Shown here: piece by piece, positions 53,838-64,000 of the stretch | Layout: every line of letters begins with the position of its first letter | Position numbering within the stretch: the stretch's first letter is position 1 | NCBI RefSeq assembly: GCF_006345805.1 | Contig: NC_043022.1 | Location: 23,994,001-24,058,000 of the forward strand | Length of the DNA stretch: 64,000 nt | Direction of reading: 5' to 3' | From: Octopus sinensis | Taxonomy: Eukaryota | Program-made: the position numbers and the translations under genes | The notes under the pieces: generated by a model | What the model saw: the letters and a program-made list of their open reading frames with translations, nothing else | Told to the model about the DNA's origin: nothing | Databases searched by the model: none

Positions 53838-55639
53838 TCAATATAGGGTGGCAAAAAAAATTTTGTAGAATTTTTTTGCCACCAGCGGCCTAGTGGGAAA
53901 AAATTAAATAGTCATAGACCATTTTTAAGTTCAACATCAACAATCAAGGAACGGCCATAATAGGCATTCACCCACTAGAAATAACAGCCAAAGCTTCAAC
54001 CGCAAATAAAAGTCAATTCCGTAAACAGGAGAAAATTTAAAAAACATTTACCCTGTAATTTCTTATACGATGCACCGTTTCATCTGCTGTTTAATGGTAA
54101 ACTAACCTGATTAAATAAATCAAGCCAATCTTCCATAGGCCCTCAGATTCTTCAGTAAGAATAGCCACAAGTCGGAACAGATATTTTCACGAGGCATTTC
54201 CGACCCTGCCAAGGTAATATCTGACCTAAAATTTTCAAATCATCACACTCGCGCCAAAATTTATCGGCAGCAAATAAATATAAGCCGTCGATTCCATTAC
54301 GGAATTAACCAGAAAATTCATAATTAATCAATATAGGGTGGCAAAAAAAATTTTGTAGAATTTTTTTGCCACCAGCGGCCTAGTGGGAAAAAATTAAATA
54401 GTCATAGACCATTTTTAAGTTCAACATCAACAATCAAGGAACGGCCATAATAGGCCATTCACCCACTAGAAATAACAGCCAAAGCTTCAACCGCAAATAA
54501 AAGTCAATTCCGTAAACAGGAGAAAATTTAAAAAACATTTACCCTGTAATTTCTTATACGATGCACCGTTTCATCTGCTGTTTAATGGTAAACTAACCTG
54601 ATTAAATTAAATCAAGCCAATCTTCCATAGGCCCTCAGATTCTTCAGTAAGAAATAGCCACAAGTCGGAACAGATATTTTCACGAGGCATTTCCGACCCT
54701 GCCAAGGTAATATCTGACCTAAAATTTTCAAATCATCGCACTCGCGCCAAAATTTATCGGCAGCAAATAAATATAAGCCGTCGATTCCATTACGGAATTA
54801 ACCAGAAAATTCATAATTAATCAATATAGGGTGGCAAAAAAAATTTTGTAGAATTTTTTTGCCACCAGCGGCCTAGTGGGAAAAAATTAAATAGTCATAG
54901 ACCATTTTTAAGTTCAACATCAACAATCAAGGAACGGCCATAATAGGCCATTCACCCACTGGTTTGATTTAATTTAATCAGGTTAGTTTACCATTAAACA
55001 GCAGATGAAACGGTGCATCGTATAAGAAATTACAGGGTAAATGTTTTTTAAATTTTCTCCTGTTTACGGAATTGACTTTTATTTGCGGTTGAAGCTTTGG
55101 CTGTTATTTCTAGTGGGTTAATGGCCTATTATGGCCGTTCCTTGATTGTTGATGTTGAACTTAAAAATGGTCTATGACTATTTAATTTTTTCCCACTAGG
55201 CCGCTGGTGGCAAAAAATTCTACAAAATTTTTTTTTGCCACCCTATATTGATTAATTATGAATTTTCTGGTTAATTCCGTAATGGAATCGACGGCTTATA
55301 TTTATTGCTGCCGATAAATTTTGGCGCGAGTGTGATGATTTGAAAATTTTAGGTCAGATATTACCTTGGCAGGGTCGGAAATGCTCGTGAAAATATCTGT
55401 TCCGACTTGTGGCTATTTCTTACTGAAGAATCTGAGGGCCTATGGAAGATTGGCTTGATTTAATTTAATCAGGTTAGTTTACCATTAACAGCAGATGAAA
55501 CGGTGCATCGTATAAGAAATTACAGGGTAAATGTTTTTTTAATTTTCTCCTGTTTACGGAATTGACTTTTATTTGCGGTTGAAGCTTTGGCTGTTATTTC
55601 TAGTGGGTGAATGGCCTATTATGGCCGTTCCTTGATTGT

Positions 55640-55643
<4 letters not shown>
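53831..55643. repeat. ~490-bp satellite array with an orientation switch at 54960/54961
   Basis: Forward units start at 53831, 54321 and 54814 (partial). Reverse-complement units at 54961-55258 and 55259-55643. Copies differ mostly by homopolymer indels. Confidence 0.95.
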
Positions 55644-55690
<47 letters not shown>

Positions 55691-57897
55691 ATATATACAT
55701 ATATGTATGTATGTATGTATGTATATATATATAACTATCGCTTATCCGTTCAGTCTGGCTGTAAATATAGATGCCACACATGAATGTATAAAACTGTCAT
55801 TGGCTTATGCAGTGTAGCTATAGAGTGGTACCACCAAGTATGTAGTAAACGCAGCTAGTTGAGAACCTGCCTGTCAATGGCACAGTCTATTCGGCTGTAA
55901 ACAGGGACCACAGATCGAACGTTTAACTGTCCCTTGGTATTAAAATATTCTTCTTTCGAAAGATAATCCTACCTCATAGCTTGCTGCCACAAGAAACGAC
56001 CAATCAGAATATCGAGTTAGCTTCAGATCACATGTTACAGAATGGACTCCATTAATGACCCCCACCACTAAGACCCCACGTGTTCTGCAATCAAACCGGG
56101 TGAAAAGTTAGATCTACCCCTTCCTCGAAAAAAGAAAAGTTTCTACAATGCACCCGATTCGACCGGCACAACTTCAGTCTTGCTGACCTTTCTTCCAAGG
56201 GGTGGATCCACCCGAAACTTTTACATAAAACACGTTTTGTAACCAGCGCATAAGTGCAGTTAATGTATCCACAAAAATTGTGTACACAAAAGGTTAATTG
56301 CCTAAAATAGTGTAATTGCCTAATATAATGTAATATTTAATGATTATATAATTAATAATTATAGTTAATGTATAATTAATTATATTTAATCCACAATCAG
56401 CGCGAACAGGATTGTGTCTAAAGAAAACATTTCACGCTGAAAGCTTTTTGCCTTCAGTGGCTGATAATGGTTGAGACGAAATATAGTGTTAAAGACACGC
56501 CGGGCGAAATGTTTAGCGGTATTTCGTCTGCCGTTACGTTCTGAGTTCAAATTCCACCGAGGTCGACTTTGCCTTTCATCCTTTCGGGGTCGATAAATTA
56601 AGTACCAGTTACGTACTAGGGTCGATGTAATCGACTTAATCCCTTTGTCTGTCCCTGTTTGTCACCTCTATGTTTAGCCCCTTGTGAGCAATAAAGAAAT
56701 AAGAAATATTATGTTAGAGACATGAGATTGTAAAATGATCTTCTGTAGCGTGGTAGTTGAGTAGTTGTTTTGTTTAACCCTAGGTCGTTCCTGATAAAGC
56801 AGGAGGACGGAACACAGCAAACTGTTCCACTACAAAATGTGACTCACAGATTCATTACTCCATTCTAATAGCAATCTATCGCGAGTAGTCTATTACACTA
56901 TACTTTGTTTATTCCTTCCCAAGCCATGTCTGGCTCATAAGGGCCGGTTTCCCGGTTTCCTTGGCGTATAGGTTCCCCACCTGGACGGGACGCCGGTCCG
57001 TCGCAGGTGAGCTGCAAGATGCAGGAGAAAAGAGTGAGAGAAAGTTGTGGCGAAAGAGTCAGCAGAAGTTTCGCCATTACCTTCTGCCGGAGCCGCGTGG
57101 AGCTTAGGTGTTTCGCTCATAAACACACACATCGCTCGGTTTGAGATTCGAACCTGCGATCCCTCGACCGCGAGTCTGCTACTCTAACCACTAGGCCATG
57201 TGCTTCCACTAATACACTATAGTGCCAAGCAATGGCTGTCTATACTATGTATTCTTATTTCTTTACTGTCCACAAGGGGCTACACATAGAGGGGACAAAC
57301 AAGGACAGACAAACGGAAATCAGAAAGATTTCGTAGGGTCGGAGCATAAAAGAAGAGACTTGCCCAAGATGCCACACAATGAGACCGAACTGGGAAACAG
57401 GTGGTTAAGGAGCGATCATCCCACCACACACCTCCTACCTGTAATATATAATCACCTGACGAGTACAAACCCACCCAAGCGTGTTTAATATATTGAAACC
57501 CGTGTCCGACGTGTGTAACGGGAGAATCTTATAACACTGTTTAGAACACTGGATTAATGCAGATAAACAGATTAATGGATTAAAAGATTAGTGGCTTAAT
57601 AGATTAACGCTTTATATCAACTCATTATATACATGTATTAATCCAATTCGCATTTGAATTATGAGCAAATATACAAATCGCCTAGCATATCCTTTATGCT
57701 AACACACACACGCGGCAAGTATGTATGTATGAATGTATGTGTATGTATGAATGTATGTGTATGTATGTATGTATGTGTATGTATGTATGTTATGTATGTA
57801 TGTGTGTGTGTGGATGTGTATATATACATACATACAAACATACTCAAACACTTTCATCCACACACACATATATATAAAATAATAATAGTAGTGGTAA

Positions 57898-57944
<47 letters not shown>

Positions 57945-57945
57945 A

Positions 57946-58195
57946 ATTCAAAAGAGTGTTCATGGGAACTGTCCATATCCTACGTAAAATACTTTCTGTG
58001 TAATCTCAAATTTTAAAACAAACACATAATTTTCTTATGTTTTCTTAAACATTCTCTAGAACAACACTATGTACAAAACCAAATATATGACACCCTAGGC
58101 ATAACACCAACATGAACTTCCAACTTGTTGTCTCTTGAGGTCTCTGGGTAAGACTTGGAGCCAACTTGTACAAATGCAAAGCAAAAGTCAAACAT

Positions 58196-58196
<1 letters not shown>
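57946..58196 (+). mobile_element. 5'-truncated R4/Dong-type LINE 3' end followed by (TAA)n
   Basis: QKSVFMGTVHILRKILSV* (stop 58001-58003), ~190-nt UTR, then a TAA tract. Confidence 0.7.
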
Positions 58197-58255
<59 letters not shown>

Positions 58256-58283
58256 GTTATTATTATTATTATTATTATTATTA

Positions 58284-58341
<58 letters not shown>

Positions 58342-58523
58342 ATCATCATTATTATTATTATTATTAGTGCGTCCATCATTGTCAACGATGAACAAGGACA
58401 TCACATAGGAGAAGAAGACGGATCACAGTGCGTCCGATGCGTGCTCGGAAAGCTCTGCCGCATGTAGGATAATGGTGGTCTGGGACTGAAGGTTGACTCT
58501 GGACTTGCATATATATATATATA

Positions 58524-58946
58524 TTAATCCTTTTTGCCCCTTGTGGAGCATAGGGCCTCAGCAGTTGTTGTCCACTTTTTGCGGTCGTTGGCGTGTTTCT
58601 TGGCTGCTTCCCTTGTCAGGCCGGTGGTCATGAGCTCGGCCAAAATGCTCCGCTTCCATGTCTGCTTCGGGGCGTCCTCGCTTCCTTTTCCCCTGCGGGT
58701 TCCAGTCAAGTGCTTGTGTCACATTTGAGGGTTCTTTCCGCAGTGTGTCCCCGATCCATCTCCATTTCCTTCGTCTAATCTGAACATATACGGGCTCCTG
58801 GTTGGCCCTTTCCCACAGGTCGGTGTTTGGCACTCTGTCGAACCACTTCAGATGGAGGATCTGCCGGAGACATTTGTTGATGAAGGTCTGGATCTTCTTG
58901 TAGTTGCTACAGGTGGCTCTCCATATTTCAGAGCCATACAAAAGCC
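58524..58946 (-). mobile_element. RTE-clade LINE 3' fragment (RT C-terminus), one frameshift
   Basis: YGSEIW...KIQTFINKCLRQILHLKWFDRVPNTDLW...RRRKWRWIG...ALDWNPQGKRKRGRP, then KQTWKRS...DRKKW; followed by (TA)n. Confidence 0.9.
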
Positions 58947-58995
58947 TGTGTTACTGCTAGGTAGTCGTTGAACCTACACTACGATCTTCCGTCCT

Positions 58996-59062
<67 letters not shown>

Positions 59063-59923
59063 TACATATATGTATATATATATATACACACACGACGGGC
59101 TTGTTTCAGTTTCCGTCTAACAAATCCACTCACAAGGTTTTGATCGGCCTGAAGCTATAGGAGCAGACACTTGCCCAAGGTGCCACGCAGTGGGACAGAA
59201 CTTGGAACCATGTGGTTCGTAAGCAAACTACTTACCACACAGCCACTACTACGCCTATATTGAAAAAGTTGCAAGACGCAACGAAAATTTTAGGAAAATA
59301 AAAATAAGTGGAAATTTTACCGGTGAGTGTGTTACATTATAAGGCACTAAAAGTGAATGACTCTCCCCAGACACAACAGAATATGCTTCAACACACGAAC
59401 TCACATAAAGAATCTTGCAAACCAAATCCAAAAACAAAATAGAATCTGTTGGTGCCAAACTAACATCCCCTTGGTGCCATACTAACATCCCCTTAATCAC
59501 GCGGTGAAGCTTTGCATCTACATTTCAAGGAATAGAATGTGGTGTGATGGTCATAGCTGGAATGTCTTTTGATCAAGGATCTAGCCGATCCGAACCGACT
59601 TGGAGTTAACCAGCAACAACAGTCGATGCTAAAATGTCCTCCTTCACTTTGAAATATCACCACGCCATAATTGAACATAAATTGTGTTAATTGGCGTAAT
59701 TCGGTTAATTACTACAACCTGGAATGTAGTAATTACTGTGAAGTGGGTACGCGCACGCGTGCGACGGCGGAGGTGAGGCAGTGTAGTACGAAGTTTTTCT
59801 CCCGACCACGTGGTTCCGGGTTCAATGCCACTGCGTGACAACTTGCGAAGTATTTTCTACTATAGCCCCAGGCCGACCAGAGTTGGAAAGAAACCTGTTG
59901 TGTATATGTATAAGTTATACATC

Positions 59924-60346
59924 GGATCTTTTCGGTTTGAACGGCAGTTTTTTAAAATAATTTCCACGTAATTAAACACTTTTAAACTTCGTATACTGGT
60001 AGAATGTGTTTATAAAACATCTTTTTCTCTTGGCTTTATTGAGAAAATTCTATAGTTTGTAAGATATTTGTTGTTTTTTTTCTTCAATTTCTGCAATTTC
60101 AACCAATCAATGACCGTCTATTGAGGTGAAAACATTCTGCGCCGTATGAAAATGTTCCTCGTTTAAGAAACAGATTGGGTTTATTTACATTTCTGAAGAG
60201 AAAAAGATACCCTTCCCCCACCCCTAACTCTAACCCTAACCCTAAAACGGATTGAAATGCAATAGATCGATACTAGGGTCATAATTATGTGTGACACTTT
60301 CATATGACACCGCTAGAAAAAACTGCCGTTCAAACCGAAAAGATCC
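59924..60346. mobile_element. Merlin-like MITE, copy 3
   Basis: Same TIRs; perfect 8-bp TSD TATACATC (59916-59923, 60347-60354). Confidence 0.9.
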
Positions 60347-61289
60347 TATACATCTATGTGTTTATTTGTGTCAGTGCTTGGGTAATATTTAAGAAGAGTG
60401 GTCCCGGTGCGCGCACTCGCGTACTCGCGCATCCGCGCTAGCTAGTCGTGACTAGTTGATCCTACAGCGACTCCTAACCTATAACAAATGTTCATAAAAA
60501 TTCGGTTGAAAGTTATTAAACAACGTAAACAAATTTATTTACGTTGTTTAGAAAAAAATTTTATTTACATTGTTTTAAAAAAAAATTATTTACTTTGTGT
60601 AAAAAATTATTTATTTTGTTTTTAAAAACCCATAGGTTCGGTACAGGGCCCACATGGATTCGTTTTCGAACGAAAAGTACTGTAATTCTACTACACTTGC
60701 CTCTTCTATACACGGTTTAAAGCCCCTTTTTTCAGAGCTAATATAAATAAGTATAAGTAAGGGAATTTCTTGCCAAACCTTAAATAAATTTACTGAGGTG
60801 ATCCTTTTTTGCAATCATAAGTTTTCGTCTACTTTTCTGGAAGTGTATAGAAATAAAAGTAGATGTAACAAATAATGTTTAGCTTCACGGGGTTTCGAAA
60901 CCGGTGAGTTTAAATTTCTATTAACAACAGCCACCTGCATGTTTAGCAATAAAATAATAAAATAATTCTTTTTTTTTTTTTTTTTTTTTTAAGAAAATTT
61001 TGAACTGGTCCGTTTATGAGTTTATCTTTAAATTTCGCCGAGCGGCGCTGTTCGGGCTTTTTCATTTTTTAATTTTGTTCTGTGCGTGTTTCCTGTTTCC
61101 CGCTGATGGCCGGGGTGAGGTGGAGGGAGATGGCATTGCCGTGATGCCCTTTAATGTAATCGAACCCCACGGCAATGAATTCCCGAAATGGCTTGCAAGA
61201 CTTGTTGAGAAATTTTTGTCGAATTTGTTGAAATTATTGTCTCGCGAGAGCTCGTTTTTTGCTGCTGTTTATTATTCTTGCCGCCCTAT

Positions 61290-62400
61290 CCGCCATTGTG
61301 TGTAAGAAAATTTTACCTTCCCAATGTGGAGAGCTACGTGAGAGACTGCTATGGCAAAAACAGCTGCGTCGTTAGAAGTAACGCCAATAGTAATGGACAG
61401 AGAAGTTTTGAAAAATGACCAATTAGGGAAAAAGGAAGGAGATACTATCATGCTGGTACTTCTGCAAGAAAAGTGAAGGACAAAGAAGAAAAGGTTGGTG
61501 GTGTACCGCACACAGGCGGTCGCTACCAGTTAAATTGAAAGACTGTTGGAGGAAGACATCGAGGAGTGTCTGGAGACATATGTAAAGAAGCAGTATACAT
61601 TGGCAGAGGTAGAATGTTCGGTACGGTGCAAGTGAGGTTTGCCATCAAGGAAGAGGCAACCTCGTATTCCACCAACATTCAGAGGACGGAAAAGGTGACG
61701 CTGTCACCCTCTTACAGGGGAAATCGTAGCGTGAGGATAAGAATACCAAGGAAGCCAACCGAAATCAAAGCCGAGTGGTTGATTGCAGCCATTTTGGCAG
61801 CAACCGAAGACAAATCGTGAATTAGGATCGGTTGGAGAGACGAAGAGGCGAACCTGATGGGGATTCGGAGTCGAAATGTGACTTTTTGCCACATTCGAAG
61901 ACATTGACCGAATCCCCTACCAGACTGAGATTGATGATGGAGGAAGGCTGAGTGTAGTGGTAGAAGGAAGACGTCCTAAGTGTTCCATTTGCGGAGCACG
62001 GGACCATATGATGGCTCAGTGCCCCATGGAATTTACTCTGAGTAAAAAAGAGGAGGAACAGAAAAAAAGGAAAGATGGAAAGGAAAATTGAAACGAGAGA
62101 GGATGGAAGTGATGCTGAGCGTGTCAGTGACGTAAAGGAGAAGGAAAGGATCGAGGTGAAAGAAGGGAGTACCGGCTTTAGAAGGAAAGAAACAAGAAGG
62201 AAAGAAGCAAAGATAAGAGAGTATCCTACAGAAAACGAGTCAAGGGAAGGACCGAACCGAAGCTAAGAATACGAAGGGACTGGAGAAAGCGAAGCTGCCG
62301 AGAGAAGGATTTGAGATGGACGAGAGAGGTATATGGATACCAGAGGGAAAATGTGATGCATTTATGGATGTATTTTTGGATCATTTGAAATGGATAAAGG
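61290..62400 (+). mobile_element. Decayed gag-like ORF1 of a non-LTR retrotransposon with a CCHC zinc knuckle
   Basis: VVVEGRRPKCSICGARDHMMAQCP (CX2CX4HX4C, ~61981-62022), upstream IGRGRMFGTVQVRF and RIRIPRKPTEIKAEWLIAAIL, and a charged C-terminal tail. Multiple stops. Confidence 0.65.
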
Positions 62401-62406
62401 AGTACC

Positions 62407-62442
62407 TATTTCTTTACTACCCACAAGGGGCTAAACACAGAG
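62407..62442 (-). mobile_element. 36-bp 5'-truncated family A tail with a 15-bp TSD
   Basis: Flanked by ggataaaggagtacc and ggataaaagagtacc. Confidence 0.75.
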
Positions 62443-63490
62443 GGATAAAAGAGTACCGGTTGGATGTAGTGGATTACGAGAGGCTGGAAAGATCGGAGAA
62501 ATAAAGGTAGGGGAACTTTCAATATTAATGTGAACTTGGAAAAAAAAGACAAGAAAAAATTACTGTGAAAAATGTGTGTAGGCTTTTTAGAAACAAAAAG
62601 AAAAGAGAGAAAAGACTGTGAAAATGTAACCACGCAACTTCGGGGATCGAGTGGGCCTTTGCGCCTTATTTTCATTCTTTCATACTATACTCTTTACTCT
62701 TTTACTTGTTTCAGTCATTTGACTGTGGCCATGCTGGAGCACCGCCTTTTAATCGAGAAACTCGACCCCGGGACTTATTCTTTGTAAGCCCAGTACTTAT
62801 TCTATCGGTCTCTTTTGCCGAACCGCTAAGTGACGAGAATGTAAACACACCAGCATCGGTTGTCAAACACAGACACACAAACACTCACATATATACACAT
62901 ATACATATATACGACGGGCTTCTTTCAGTTTCCGTCTACTAAATCCACTCACAAGGCTTTGGTCGGCCCGAGGCTATAGTAGAAGACACTTGCCCAAGGT
63001 GCCACGCAGTGAGACTGAACCCGGAATCATGTGGTTGGTAAACAAGCTACTTACTGCGCCTATCATTCGTTTCTTTTCATTTTTCTTCCACTTTTTGTTA
63101 ATTTTAGTTCCCCGAGTTTGTTTTGTCGCGTTTTGTATTTATCGAAGAGCATCTACGTGTGGCCCTTTTATAGTTAATAGGAAAAACAGAACTGCGGTAG
63201 TGATCCCCTGAAATGGCCATAGGTGTGTTTAGATTGATCTTGTGGAATTCTTTTTGCTTTTGGACTTTAACCTACCATGGTTTTAGAATCGAAATTTTTG
63301 AACGTACTCTTGTGTGAGGGGAGTAAACAAACTTCTTAATTATATTTTTAGTCGATTGATATTTTATTTTATCTTGGTTTGTTAGTCTTTGGTAGCATGG
63401 ATGCGCTTTAGAATTTCTATTAATTTTTTGGTCGTTTATATTTATCTTTTTCATAGGCTGTTCCATATATAATGACGTCTGTGTGTGTGT

Positions 63491-63792
63491 GGAGGCGCAA
63501 TGGCCCAGTGGTTAGGGCAGCGGACTCGTGGTCGTAGGATCGCGGTTTCGATTCCCAGACCGGGCGTTGTGAGTGTTTATTGAGCGAAAACGCATAAAGC
63601 TCCACGAGGCTCCGGCAGGGGGTGGTGGCGATCCCTGCTGTACTCTTTCCCCACAACTTTCTCTCATTCTTTCTTCTGTTGGCCTGCTCGCTTAGCCAGC
63701 GGGGTGGCGTCATTTGAAGGCTAAAACAATGCGAAGCGCATTGTGGCCAGCGATGTGTAACAAAATCTGATAGCCTGGTCGGTCACGGTGAT
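63491..63792 (+). mobile_element. SINE family C copy with an alternative tail
   Basis: Same head and body as 23695-24073; tail shared with 36669-36950. Confidence 0.85.
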
Positions 63793-63917
63793 ATATATAT
63801 ATATATATGTATGCATATATTTTATTTATTACACTATTGTATGACTGAGCGCCTTCGCGTCGATTCGATTCGATTCGATCCGTTCGTTTCGTTTCGTTTC
63901 TTCTTCTTCTCCCAGTA

Positions 63918-63976
<59 letters not shown>

Positions 63977-64000
63977 CTTTTGTGTACATGTATATTTTTA

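Noticed and set aside
52296-53841. Long ORFs such as 52704-53594 (296 aa) and the many IYIY/YVCM, poly-V, poly-N and poly-T ORFs across the window
   Set aside because: Translations of stop-free microsatellites.
59406-59414. 9-nt microexon candidate gcaag|ATTCTTTAT|gtgagt
   Set aside because: Too short to distinguish from chance, and upstream of the candidate start exon.
63491-63560. tRNA-like sequences with A and B boxes
   Set aside because: SINE heads that continue into SINE bodies; no complete cloverleaf.

Overview
Repeat-saturated, AT-rich eukaryotic non-coding DNA. The SINE families and microsatellite load look like an octopus or other cephalopod genome; that is inferred from repeat families, not verified. 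There is no complete protein-coding gene, rRNA, true tRNA gene or CRISPR array, and there is one 100-N gap. Almost all ORFs in the track are microsatellite artefacts. The recognisable coding remnants are all decayed transposable elements: R4/Dong-type and other RLE LINEs, an RTE LINE, a gag-like CCHC ORF1, a Penelope GIY-YIG fragment, and Tc1/mariner, pogo and hAT pieces. Non-autonomous elements include three Merlin-like MITEs with 8-bp TSDs, a Helitron, a 319-bp palindromic MITE and dozens of tRNA-derived SINEs from about four families. Most notable: (1) a ~490-bp satellite array that flips orientation, giving a ~680-bp near-perfect inverted repeat; (2) several small minus-strand candidate exons, all phase-1 compatible with a candidate exon at the left edge, suggesting the window is mostly one large intron with microexons or alternative starts; (3) several Penelope-type minimal hammerhead ribozyme motifs; (4) SINE multimers that all share one fixed junction.
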